From Tubulanus polymorphus (taxonomy: Eukaryota; Animalia; Nemertea), in the NCBI RefSeq assembly GCF_964204645.1, contig NC_134029.1, positions 5,890,001 through 5,954,000 on the forward strand: 64,000 nucleotides of DNA. The letters run 5' to 3'. The translations under genes and the position numbers were made by a program. Below, piece after piece: positions 1 to 13,700 of the stretch. Position 1 is the first letter of the stretch, and each line of letters opens with the position of its first letter. The notes below the pieces were generated by a model, which saw only the letters and a program-made list of their open reading frames with translations, was not told where the DNA came from and searched no databases.

Positions 1-3000
1 TATTGCATTGATGGCTACAAGGTATTCCGATTGACACATGATGACGGAGATTTGTTAGAAGGGCATGTTCTCTTGGTGGGAAGACCCGTGAGCATCGGAC
101 TCTCCGGGATATCACGTAAGAAACCATGAACGCGAGCCGTGATCAACTCTACAATGCTCCAACAAAATTGCAATCATTCGAAAAAATTATGTTCTGCTGG
201 GCATAACCTCAGTCGTTTCCACTGGTATTTCACGTAAAGTAAACATTTCGAAATATTCAGCGAAACAGAATCAAAAACTACCGAGCCGTAAATGTGAGAT
301 TGCTGGTAGGGAAAATAATTTTAGCTAAAGGGAAATCAAAATTATGTCCTGTTTCAAAATCCAGTTTCCAAAAAAACTACCGTGATCAATTATTGAAATG
401 AGTGTTTTAGTATAGGTGGTACAAATATAACGTACATAGTTCCCACAAGAACCACTGTTTACTTGGTGGCAGCACCTTCTTTAAAGCAAGTTTTCTTATC
501 AGGTTTACCGTTGTTAATAGGCTACCAGTTTTTTCGTCCCTCGTCCATCCGCATATTGATAAAATCTGACTAAGTGCGGATCTGTAAATAAAGAACAATC
601 TGACCTCGTCTCGAAAAGATTCATTTACGAAATTTAGTTTCACCCACAAATATTGCTTTCCTCGTAAACAGGCAGGGTGGTACCGAAAATTACAGCCCTA
701 TTTTTCAATTGTTAGTGCACAATATGAAAATGCCTAATATCTGCGACCATTTTAAACCCTACCGCTGATAATAACACCGAAAAAAAACAAATCCTTTCTC
801 AACTTTGTCATCAATCGGTCAAAACGGTTTTAATGTGTGGTTTTTCTTCAAGCATAACACCGCTACTAGAATGTAACAAATCAAGTGATTTATGTGAGGA
901 ATGCGGCGATAAAGTTATATCGCAATAAAAATCATCCGTAGATCTTCTCTGCTCCTACATCGAACTATCAAAAACCTTGAACCCGTCGGCATCCCGACCA
1001 TAAAATCTGAATCACACATGGGCTTCACTTATCCCGCCGATAAAACTGTCGGTATATTTCGCGGTTGCGAGAGAATTGTAAGAACAGTTTTTCTGACATG
1101 ATTCCCGGCATTTTACCGAGAGGCTGTATACTATAATTAATCATAGGTTAATTTACTAGTGCAACAGAGAATAGAAGCCGTATTAAAGTCGTTTACGCCA
1201 TATCAGGAACTCCGCAAGCCGTATAACTTCACCTCCTATACCAACCAGATACCTTAACCTTAATAATATAAATCGCCTCTAGATAAAAGTATGGCCCGTT
1301 GAGTCTTATAATCCCCTTGAACACAATACAACCATTTGTTTCTTGCAATTGTGCAGTTTCACCCGCCGCCAAATATTCAATTCATTAGAAATGAGATAAA
1401 AGACCTGATCAAATATTTCTGCATCAGCTGTAGTTTCTGAAAGCTGTCTGACTGGTGAATGTTATTAACATAAAGAATCAGATCGTACGTGATTTCTATC
1501 TCTTATAGCCTGTACTTTTTGTACGAAATAAAGGCTCATCATCACTGTAAATACGAAGCCATTGTCGCATCAGATTTACTTGTAGAGTTCAAATGGGGAG
1601 ATATGCCAAGAACTTGATCCCAAACGGAATTACCTGATATCAGGATCACTACAAGTTATAGATTATAAATTTCAATCTTTTCCAATGAACATAGCTTGAA
1701 TATATTCTTCCATCTGAATTGCCCCCGAGGAGAGAAAAAGTGAACAATTTTAGCGAGTAGCCTCATTAAGACCCGATCTTACATAACCATTAGGAAGCAC
1801 GTGTACAAGAGTGAGAAAAAATACAACGTTTCGATTGAATAAACTCGAAGAGCCGGTTACAGTTATTAGGAATGCGTAACAGCAGACGCCAGGTGAATGA
1901 AGTGAAGGCACATTAACAAGTGCTAGTGTAAATAGTTTGTTGAAATACAGGTAGTTCATTCAAAAAAAGAATAAAACAGACACTTCGGCAACCGAGGAAT
2001 GAAACAGATTCACCGACACAACCATCAAAATCACACGCGATCGAAGATGACTGACACAACGGCAGTTCGAGGATTGCTCCGGATGATTCTACTACGTTCT
2101 TTTGAACAAATTGAATACGGTTATGTTTAAGATGTTTAATGAAATATCTATAGATACATGTATAAATACGACGTGTAGAATTTACTTTATTTCGGTTTGA
2201 TGCAAAATCGACGAAGTGAATCTTCATCAACGGAAATCCCTACCTTGTATTTGAGCTTAATTGAAAAAAGAAGCAGTTAAATCCTTTTGTTGACGGCACA
2301 AACGAGCGGCCGATGAACAACTGACATGCACGACGCGTGGTTTGATAGCTGCTGCTTCAACGGGTTTATCATGAATTCTAGAATATAAACTGTTGACTCA
2401 ATCTCCGGTTAACCAAACACACCGCGAACGCACTATAGCCTCTCCTCTCGCCAGGCTCGAACAAGATATCACCGTAGGGAGTTATGAATTTCGCATCACG
2501 TTCAAAATCTGTTTGTTATATATCGAATGTATAAATAATCAAATACTTTAATCCATCTGAAAGGCAGTTTTCGGAGAGAAGTTGGTGAGATGACCGGTCG
2601 AATCGGTCTGGGATATAATCCCGACTGAAAAGGTTCAATATCAGACCGTGTGTACTTTTTCCCATCCAAACTGAACGTATACGCGCTGTAGATCAGAAAC
2701 TGTGTAATAAAGTTGTGTGCTGTTGAACACGATCCCACTTCTCCGTGAAGAATGAAAAAAAAGAAAGGTTATTCCGACTATGTAACTTTTAAACCAATAT
2801 CCGAACGTAAATTTGAAATTCAGACGTGTATTTCATGAGATGGCTGGGCCCGGATCCCCCAGACTGCAGTCTGATTTGATTACTTGCTTGTAAGTCAGAG
2901 GTGTTGTGTGGCGGTGATTAGCGATAGACGATGTAAGGATTTAATCGCTATTTCTCTCTCATTACTTCGAATTAATTTCAGTCTGTCTTATGGCGGCTCG

Positions 3001-3019
3001 TATCGACCGTTTTTCATAA

Positions 3020-3182
3020 GCCTGACGCAGACGACGCAGGGAAACACGGGAACGGGAGACAGAAACATGTTTCCATTCGTGTGCGTTTACGGGGAAACGA
3101 TAAACATGGTTTTTCAGAAACAACGTTTCCGAGTGCATGTATTCGTGTTTCCGCGTTTATATATGCGTCGTGTGCGTTGGGG
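3020..3182. mobile_element. PIF/Harbinger-like MITE
   Basis: Imperfect TIR GCCTGACGCAGACGACGCA / TGCGTCGTGTGCGTTGGGG, flanked by TAA and TTA (TWA-type target). Confidence 0.55.
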
Positions 3183-3516
3183 TTACGAACGTTTTAGTCA
3201 AGTAAAAGTAACTATATCCCAAGTTCAAAACTCGTCTCTCGTTATTTGATGTGCCGTTGACTCTGGTTCGATTAAGAAATAATGTAACCATGTTGTCTGT
3301 GTATCATGATTTGCGAAATCGAAGACTAACTTTCACTTCACTATTGAGATTACAACGCGGAACGGTGGTGCGTTCGTCTCGTGGCCCATCTAGGCCTCGT
3401 CTAGATTGTCCCTTTGTTCCGATGGTATCCACCGCGTTCGCTAAAGTGAAGTTCATCGGAAACATTTCATTCAAAAGTAGTAGTGTCTTTATTTTTAGTA
3501 TTGCAGAATTTTTTGA

Positions 3517-3735
3517 ACGTCCGGCCCGCTGCCAGTGGCGTCAGATTTTGACCTTCAAGTGCTGCCCCTATGTATTTCATTAGTGGTGGACGTGTGAACT
3601 AACTTATTACTGACATGCCATAGTAGGAATATTGTCCTGTCAGGTTGGTTCACATGTCCACCGCTAATGAAATAGATAGGGGCAGCACTTGACGGACAAA
3701 ATATGACTTAAAAAGACTTCGGCGGGTCGGACGTA
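3517..3735. mobile_element. Palindromic (foldback) MITE-like element
   Basis: Arms ...TCAAGTGCTGCCCCTATGTATTTCATTAGTGGTGGACGTGTGAAC / GTTCACATGTCCACCGCTAATGAAATAGATAGGGGCAGCACTTGA..., with outer ACGTCCGGCCCGC / GCGGGTCGGACGT. Confidence 0.75.
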
Positions 3736-5148
3736 TCGATACTTGCTGTGTACATAAACAATGTCAGGCAATATAGAAATTAAGTAGAAAGATATAACAA
3801 GTACAAAATACAAAGAAATTCAAGAAATGGATCATGAAATGTACGGACAAATCATCAATCACTGTTTGAGGTTTATGCCCCTCGAGTCATCAGGGGTCAA
3901 CCTCATATAAAACGATCATTATTTGGGCTCGAATCTTTATATCCCTATAAATCTTCTTAACTGTTAACCTAATCAAATAACTTTATTAAGATAATGCAGG
4001 GGTGGATCTTGGATCCGATTTGCATCCCCAATAGGGCATCATACTTACGTTATTGATGTCCGGGAAATTCAGCAACATCAAAAGTCCGTATTTGACATTA
4101 ATTCATTTTTCAATCACATGATCTCTTGAGGCAAATTTACCCACCAATTACCTCATCAGTTCCGTGTAGGTCATTGCATTAAATCCGAAAACTAAAATCA
4201 CTTATTCCTTAAACGTCAGGCGATGAAATAGACATTTTGAGGTAATTCGTTTAAACTTTAATAACACGCAGTTGAGCAGTTCCCTTTTTTAATTCTGACA
4301 GGTACACTACTAGCGCTGAAGCACAGACGAGGCTATCACCCGCACGATCTTCACGCGTGTATATACATACTACTTCTCCGACTCCCTCGACAACTACCCG
4401 ACGAATTCAGCATCTTCAACAGTAATTTGTCCACTATAAACACCGGTTGAGCGGATTATTGCCCGATTTTGAGAGCTGCAAATATGCGAAGAATTACTCA
4501 CGTTTACGCGTTAGAAAAACAAACCGAGTGTATTCACAGAAAACACTTTCGCAAAAAGCCTGGTCATTTAATACTTCATGTAATTTCTAAGTAGTAGAAA
4601 AATCATCGGCAAATACGAAGGCTACAGTTCAGAACTTATTTCGCCGTTTCTTTTGGAATTTGATCATATATAAAAACAGTCAATTTAGTTAGATCCGTTA
4701 CAGAAGGAATTACTGGCTATAGGAGTCATATGGTCAACAACGTTGTATTCACAGTATATGATCCCTAAAGAAGTTCTACAATATTCTCAACATTTTATTT
4801 GGGACCATTCAGGTTTCATCATGGAGGCAGAGTGACTACATATTTATGTACTAATCCATATGCGGACATGGCGTAGGTTTATGACGGGATGTATATCATG
4901 TTTATTCATTCAGTTTGGTTCCTCTCGCGTCCTTGTTTGGTCCGTGAAATCTGAGATGCGACAAGCAACGAAATATATAATGGGAAATCACACTTTAGAA
5001 AAAAAAACAAATTACCGGCATATATTTTCTGCAAATACAAACAAGTATAAGTCACAAAACTGGGTAGTGAGCTATTTCAGAATAATGATTACTCTGAGGT
5101 AGGGCATATAGAATCATGCCTGAAGGTACAAGTCGTAATAAGCGAACA

Positions 5149-7725
5149 TTATTGTTCTTTGGCATTGGGGGTGGTAGCAGTGGCGCTTTCTTTCTTCGGA
5201 TCGTCGGGGTATTGCTTCGACAACGGTTCAGTGTTCAACAGCGTGTAGTGTCGTTGGTACGCTTTCGACTCGCGGAACAGACTATCGGTGCCGTGTAGCC
5301 AGTCCAATACTCCCAACACACCGTAACACTGGTTAAACCTACAAATAACATTCAAAATATACTCATATAAAAAGAAAAGGGAGAATCTTCAAAATATGTT
5401 TTTTTTTTAAATTTCAATCATCGGACTAATGTTCTTAGTAACGGATAAAAGTTTGAACCATAAACACAAGTAAAACCATTGAATACACTAGCTGTATTAA
5501 ATAAGTATACTCTGAAATGTGTCCGACTATATACGATTTGAGTGGTATTATAGGAATAAGATTAACTCGGAATGTAATTATTTCTTCTGGTGATAATCGT
5601 TTCAAAATTTTTGGAGGTCACCCCTACACCATAGAGAGTTTTGGCGCTCGCAATGTCAGTTTCGCTCATATCATAATAATCGCTCCATACTTTAGTACCT
5701 CCCATCAGGACAATGCTGGCTACGGGCCAGGTATTCGTCCCTTCGTACCAACTTACTTAAGATGGTGATAATCGTGGGCTTCCGGCGAAGGCATCAGAGG
5801 CAGATGATACCCGCTGTGAGCATTGGTCGTCGACAACAGAGCAATAGTGAACCACATCCAGGCGGTAGCGATGTGCGACCCCATCAACAACGGACCCATG
5901 ATCGTCGGAAGCAGAGTGCTGAAGATGTGCTCAATCGGATGAGAGTATATAGATACCATACCGATTGGAGCCGTCCAGTCGTGGTGTATCTTATGAATGT
6001 ACTTATAGAGCCGCGGGTGATGCAAAATCCTGGAATTAATATCCGTAAAAACAAAAATTATCAAGCGCAATTGGCACGGGCAGAATTAAACAAATTGCAT
6101 CAAAACCTTCCCAAAGTACACCCCTCCAAAAGTGAACACCTTTTGCCCAGTGTTCACTGTTTTACCGTATTGGCTTAGGCCATCTCATTTACCTGTGCGA
6201 ATAGTAGAAAAAGGCCTCTAAAACAAACACGAATACAATCAGTTCTAATACGACCCACTGTAAGGTGGGCAGATCTCCGTGAAACTGACATCCTCTCATT
6301 TCACAAAAATAAAAGGCCACAATTAAAAACAGAGGTATGATCACCAACTGATTGAACAGGACGACGAGTACAGCCTTTTTCAGACGTTTTGGATCGACCT
6401 ACAATGAGATTAATGAGAAAAGAAAATTTCTCGACATTTTCCTTGTAAAGACGAGTATCGAGTAGACTTACACGCACGTATGTCGGATGTTTTGGAACAT
6501 GAAAATTTTCTCCGACAAAGAGAAAAGTCAGTTTTTCCAACTTTTGGATGAAAACTTGAAACAGGTGCTCGATCTCCGTACTATCTACGACTCATCTCAT
6601 AATGACTGTTGAAGCGAGTCGGGGCTACACGCATTTGAACCTACATTATAGATCTATTACCTTATATCAACGACTGTTATAAAAAGGATGAACTTACGGG
6701 AACATTTTCTTTCGGCTGAATTTTGTAGTTGTAGAAGAACTCCGGTTTTCCGGTCAAATCGACGATAATGAGGAAAATATTAGCAGTCCAGAATACAGCC
6801 ATACAAATCACAGTCGTACCTTAATTACAATACATAAACAACATTGTCAATACAAAACTCTGTATACGACTGATAACCGTTTGGAAGAATTAGTAAGTAT
6901 TACAGCAGCTTATTGGTGGTCCCGGCAATCCTGGGTAAATAGGTTCAAATTCTGGCGGTGGCAGAGTTTCTAGGTCTAGCTTCTCTGTTCTATATCTAAC
7001 CTTCGAAATCTAAATGTCCTTATTGGTGCTCAATGGATTGCCGAATCTAAAACAATCGCTCATACCAAGGACTCCCCAACGTCGTTTACAAGAAGGATAT
7101 GAGCATAACAGCCCCATTTCACTAATGAAACTTACCCCAAATAGCCACATTAAAATCGCTACTTCCGAATAAAGCATACGTGTGGTCAAACATACTCTGC
7201 CACAAACTGGCAGAACAACCCCAAATTCTCTGTAAATGCCTATAAAACATGAAAGATGCTTGTATTAGAACTACTACTAACCAAGCCAATCTAAATCAAA
7301 TGACCTCAGGAAAAAATCTTGACGAATTAGTAATACTGATCTCAAAGCTCTTTACAAAATACGTACATTTTAAGCAGTGACTACAAATCACAAAACAATT
7401 TTTTTACGGATTTGATAGGTCACGCTCCACCTACACATTTCAGATGGAAAAATCAATTTCATTGGTAACAAATGATCCGAATCAGGTGGGTTCGACTGTA
7501 TTGATTGCTAGCATCCGAAAGCAAGTCGAAGAGAGTATAAAATACATACCATACTAAAGTATTCTTAAAAGTGACAAACACGACCAAAGACGCTCCGATA
7601 ATAAACGCAGCCTTTTTCACCGAGTCGATAAACTGAAAACGTTGATTTTCACATATAGTCACGCGATGGACTCGCTGCTTAGCTGTCGTCCTTATTTTCT
7701 CCGATATAATTCTGAAAATGTTCAT
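5149..7725 (-). CDS. FAXDC2: Fatty acid hydroxylase domain-containing protein 2-like (sterol desaturase family), copy A, 6 coding exons, ~356 aa
   Basis: Exons (minus): 7725-7550, 7239-7136, 6819-6698, 6398-6193, 6029-5757, 5338-5149; GT..AG boundaries, phases consistent, total 1071 nt. Motifs [69 protein letters not shown] are His boxes recognised from FAXDC2. Confidence 0.92.
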
Positions 7726-8711
7726 CTCGAAAATTAGACCCCAGAACAACGAAAAAAGTCGTCATACAACTGGACTGAAATTTCAAGAAATACAGCAATT
7801 TTCAGAGTGGCAAAGTCTTTAAGTTGACAAAACAAATTCAGACATTCGACTTCCAAGAATATATACATGACGAATTTCTATTTCTAAGCATTTGATCAAT
7901 AACGCGCGTGGTTCTATTATTTTGCACCGAGATCGGTTAAGTAGGCCTAGGTCAAGGTCTTTTACGGTCCAATGGTACAAATGAATCAACGTGGAACATA
8001 ATAGGCTACAAACTTGGAAATAATCTTGATATAACAGTAAACCTTAACAAGAGTGCGAACTATTTTGGTTTTTTTTGCGGTTGAAATAACTTGAAATGTT
8101 CGATGATTTCAAATGAGCTGTAAAGAAAACCAGTTCAGGCTAGAAAGGATGTTGCATTTTGATTTTGGTCCCCCGGTCATCGGTGACGAGTCCCTGAGAT
8201 AAATTGTCTCTTTGAAAGTAGTTTTAAATTGATAAATCACATTATTTATAGTTATTCATTTTTCGTTATTTCTAGGCAGAGGATATTTTGACGATGACAA
8301 TGAATTATAATTTTATTAGGGTTACCATTTTCTCGGGTAGTAGAAAAATCATCAGCAAATACGTAGGCTACAATTCAGAACTTATTTCGCCGTTTCTTTC
8401 GGAATTTGATCAAATATAAATACAGTGAATTTAGTTAGATCCGTTTCAAAGGGAATTACAGGCTATAGGAGTCACATGACAAACAACGATGTATTCACGG
8501 TATATGATCCCAAAAGAAGAACAATATTTCTTCAGATTTTATTTGAGACCATTCAGGTTTCATCATGGAGGCAGTGATGAAAGATACTACTTGCGTATCA
8601 ATTTACATGTGGACATAATAGTAGGTTGATGATGAAGGGAGATGAATCATGTTTATTCAGTTTTTGGTTCCTCTTGCATCCTTCCTTGTTTGGTCCGTGA
8701 AATCTATTTGA

Positions 8712-8933
8712 CAGGGTAACCACTTTTATTTGAGTTACCTTCCTTGACATGAACGCCCTGAATTGATCTGCTAAGAATCCAATTAATTAATACGTGAGAC
8801 GGAAGCTGTTTGATTTCACACGCGATCTAGCAATCTCAACACATTTCCCTGACTTAAAGTTCTTTAAATAAAATCCGACTTCTTAAAAGAAAATTCCCCG
8901 ACTTCCCCGATTTCCAGGTAAGTGGCCACACTG
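8712..8933. mobile_element. hAT-like (hAT5-type) non-autonomous element
   Basis: Imperfect TIR CAGGGTAACCACTT / AAGTGGCCACACTG; 5-bp direct repeat TTTGA on both sides; absent from the paralogous flank at ~4950. Confidence 0.65.
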
Positions 8934-10775
8934 TTTGAGTCACGAGAAGAACGGCAAAAGAACCTTGATACTTCGACAGATGAAGCAAGAAACGCTGAAT
9001 TCTAGTATATATAATATATTTGAATGCGATTAATGATGCGAAAAGCAAAGAAATATATAATGGGAAATCACATTTAACAAACAACAAACTACCATAACAA
9101 TTCTCCAACAACCATACTTGCATTGCTTGTGTTGTCTTTCTAGTCTAAATAAAAATAAGTATAAGTCACAAAACCTGTGTAGTGAGTTATGCCATTGAGA
9201 AAATTTTTCAATGTTCATGTAATTTGTAAGAAATTCATTTGATAGGTTCATAACTACAGTTGTTGAGGGTAGTTGACTAACTTTCGCGTCGTTTTCTTAG
9301 TAGTTCTTAAATTCAGCTGTAGATGGCATGAAAATATTCGCAATCATTCTCGTACTAATCTTTTTCAAATCCACACGTATCTACCGATACTGACAAAGTA
9401 AACAAGTCTTTGACTGTTGAATGCTATGAGAATAAGCGACACATTCTAGTATAAACCTGGAAATGAATTAGATTCAATGATTCAACTTATGTAGTAGCAA
9501 TATAAGCATTTCATTGAATAATTGTAAAAAAGCTAACTGTTTTCTGCATCGCAATGTAGAATTTTAAAAATCAAAAGCTGCCAGATTTTTTCGAGATTAT
9601 TCCCCTCAAAAATATAGTTTTTACGTAAAATAACATTGCCTTTGGTGGAAAGAATATTTTAAAAAATGCAGTATTTTCCACATACCAGAACCTCATTGTC
9701 AGGAGCAGTATTCTAAACAGATTTTAGGGTAGGATCCGAGTTGGACAGTTATAATTTGTTCACAAACTGGGATTACAACTTTCGAAGTCAATCAGATTAC
9801 GAATTACAAGTACGTTACTACTTCATAAGAATTACATTATTTACAATCATAACACTCAACGTTGTCCACCACTATAATAACAGCATTTTAGAAAATGAAA
9901 TAAAGATTAGCCCAATATTCCCATGTATAGCAACAACTATCATACTACAGTTGATTATCATTATGTTTACAACTCTTAGACTTAGTGAAATGAATTACAA
10001 AATCAGGACTCGAATTGAAGATGATGTCTTTAGCTGATTCGATGATCAAGTCTTAAGCGAGTTTCATTGTATTAATGGCAAACTGAGCTTAACTTGGAAT
10101 CAACAAAACCAGAAGCCATCTGATTAAAATATACATACATGTACATAAATGGAAAAAAAAGTTATTCTTTTTTTGGTGAAAAAAATCCCCGAGTTAATAA
10201 ATCAAAGCATGGCTTACTTCACAGTGAAAAGCAAGAAAATAAAATTCCGTTTTTTTTCCAAGAAAATCAAGTGTTAATTCTGCTGTACCTTCAGGCTTAG
10301 ACATAGTGATAAGTTATGTTTCAAACAGGCATACAATACAATACCATTAAAATCAACAAAATTAATCATACATTTGTAGTAATTTCATAGCTGAAAGGAT
10401 TTAGCTTTATGAAGAAAATCTCAAATTCAAATATATTTGTGGCCAATGAAACTGTAGGTTGGGAAAGTGTCTTGATATCTCGTGAATTCTTCATCGTAAA
10501 CGGTGAAGGGGTCAATCGACAGACATCTAGCCCGAGATACATTCATCAGATCAATGTTACACTCAAATACAAAACATATTGTGGCCAACAAAACTATGGT
10601 AGGCGGTGAATTACCAATAGTCAGCGCGGATCTAACCAATTTACTGTCTGAGTTGCTCATCATATGACAAAACCGAGTTTCCTAAATTCGAACCGGTTAC
10701 CGATATTCGGAAACTCAGCGCCACAAAGTCTATTACAAAATGTTGCCTGAAGGTACAAGTCGTAATAATCGAACT

Positions 10776-13700
10776 TTATTGTTCTTTGGCAGCGGAGGTG
10801 CTAGCAGTGGCTCTTCCTTTTTTCGGATCGTCGGGGTATTGTTTTGACAATGGTTCAGTGTTCAACAGCATGATGTGTCGCTGGTACGCTTTCGACTCGC
10901 GGAACTGATTATCGGTGCCATGTAGCCGGTCCAATACTCCCAACACGCCGTAACACTGGTTAAACCTACAAGTAACATTCAAAATAACATATAAGTTATA
11001 GTGTTATGTTAAGTAACAGGAGCATTTTTAAATTCAGGGGATGTTTTTAAAAAATTTTTCTGAACGATTTCCATTAAATTAGTGCCTTTATCTTCAGTGT
11101 ATACGAAACTATCTTAAGTTTGTTATTTCTGTGAAACTAAAACCCTCTGAAGTTGATTGTTATGAGGTTCCACTATTGTCCAATCATCAGACTGTTTTTA
11201 ATAAAACAATGGAAAGTTTGAACCATAAACACAAGTTAAACTTGGGAATTCACTGTATCAAAGTAGACTCTGAAATTTGTCAGACTTGAGATCCACACGA
11301 ATTGGTTGGGATATAATTCTTAACCCTTTCGCTGCGTACACGCTTGCACCGCCCCCTACGTAAGGTATTTTCCGAAAAATTCGATTTTTTTCAAATTGTT
11401 TTTAACCCCGATTTTTCGCGTTTTTATCGAAGATTATGATGTTATTTAGTGAAAATCAGTAAAAAATCATACCAACAGCCTTTTCTGTAGGGGGGGGCGT
11501 GTTGGGGGGGGGGTCAGGATGGGTTAAAAATTTTTTTTTTCCAGTTTTTCACCCAAGTGCCTATCTCAGTCTTTGGTGATTGATGCTACGGTGTGGATGA
11601 AAGAAATTCAATTGATATGGGATATCCTTTTCCGCTGGTAGAGGTACGTAAGTGGGGAGCCATCTCAATCCCGCGCAAATTACCATGTGCTCAACAGGCT
11701 GACAGCACCAACTACTGACGCATTTTCGCCATCTGTTGTTTAGAAAGCTAACTATCTTGTCTTACATGCGTTTCCATACTGTTTGCTGTGTACGCGTTCG
11801 AGTTATAAATCAATAGGTGCATGACGTTTCTACAACGTCATACGCACAGCAAGTGTCACTCATATGACGTTTCCAAAACGTCACACGTAGCGAAAGGGTT
11901 AATAGGAACGTAATAATGCATTTATTTCTTCTAGTAAGAATTTTTTCAAAATTTCCTTTGGCCAGCCACCCCTACAACAGAGAGCCTTTGCGCTCCTAAA
12001 ATCAGTTTCGCCAAAAATTCATAACTGTTGGTTTCACTCGTATCTTAAAAGGTCCGTACTCTAGTCACTCCCATAAGGACAGTGCTGGCTATGGGCCAGG
12101 TATTTGCTCGTTCTTTTCAACTTACTTAAGATGGTGATAATCGTGGGCTTCCGGCGAAGGCATCAGAGGAAGATGATACCCGCTGTGAGAATTGGTCGTC
12201 GACAACAGAGCAATAGCGAACCACATCCAGGCGGTAGCGATGTGCGACCCCATCAACAACGGACCCATGATCGGCGGAAGCAGATTACTGAAGATGTGCT
12301 CGATCGGATGAGCGTATAGAGATATGATACCGATCGGAGCTGTCCATTCGTGATGTTTCTTGTGAATGTACTTGTACAGCCGCGGGTGATGCAAAGTCCT
12401 GAAAATAACATCAATACAACCGAAATTGCGATTAAGCACAATTGGCATGGAAAGAATTATATTACAGTAGAACACTCCATAGTAAACAACTGCAATGGAA
12501 AACACCTTTCATTCAGTCCTACGGTATCTACTATAGAGAGGTTTTACTTTATTGAGAAAATGCTGGACTTCTGATAGCTTACTACATTTACCTGTGGGAA
12601 TAATAGAAAAAGGCCTCTTCGACGAACACGAATACAGTCATTTCTAATAAGACCCACTGGAAGGTGGGCAGATCTCCGTGAAACTGACATCCTCTCATTT
12701 CAGAAAAATACCAGGCCACAATTAAAAACGGAGGTCCGATCACCAACTGATTGAACAACACAGCGAGTACGGCCTTTTTCAGACGTTTCGGATCGACCTA
12801 CAATGAGAGAAACTACAGAAATGAAAATTTTGTCAACACTGGTAAAGAGTACCAGTAGATTTTCATACAAGTGAAATATAAGTGGACACTAGAAGTGATG
12901 GGTTACATACTTAATGGTCCCAAAGCTGGATGTTTTGGGATAAAAGGATTTTCGCTGATCTAAGAAAAAGTCAGACCAAGAGAAGAGTAAGATTTTCCAG
13001 CTTTTGAATATAAAATTGGAACAGAGAGCTTGATTTCAGTACAATATATCGACACATCTCATAATGATTGCTGAAAAGAGCCCGGGTCATACGCATTTGA
13101 ACCTTAAGTTATAGTTCTATCATCATTGTATTAACGACCGTTTAAACCACTGTCTATCAGCCAGTAGTTATCATAGATTTTCAAATATTTGGACCAATAA
13201 AGATGTGACTTAGGAGTTAACGACTTGAAACATTCGACTTATGGATAAATATCTATTTGAAAAAGAGAGGAATGAAATGGGACGAAACACTTTCCTCTGA
13301 CTTGAGCATTTATCCGACTTACGCAAGGCTTACTGTACATTAATTTTAAAAAGGATGAACTTACGGGAACGTTTTCTTTCGGCTGAATTTTGTAGTTGTA
13401 GAAGAACTCCGGTTTTCCGGTCAAATCGACGATGATGAGGAAAATATTAGCAGTCCAGAATACAGCCATACAAATCACAGTCGTACCTTAATTACAATAC
13501 ATACACAACATTATCAATACAAAACTCTATATACCACTGATAACCGTTTGGTAGAATTAGTTAGTATTACAGCAGCTTATTGGTAGTCTCAGCAATCCTG
13601 GGTAAATACGTTCAAATCCTAGCGGAGGCAGTTTCTAGGTCAAAGGTTAATCTCCCCTGCTTTATATGTAACCTTCGAAATGTTAATGCCCTTAATGGTG

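Noticed and set aside
1-2800. Possible exons at the window start (open frame 1-115 ending at GTAAG; ORFs 407-649 and 1913-2230)
   Set aside because: No recognisable domain and no consistent splice chain could be assembled; cannot be excluded without upstream sequence.
3860-3900. Additional hammerhead motifs (minus-strand CTGATGA at ~3892; plus at ~62786; minus at ~21845)
   Set aside because: Each lacks an intact GAAA or CUGANGA core, or the flanking stem I.
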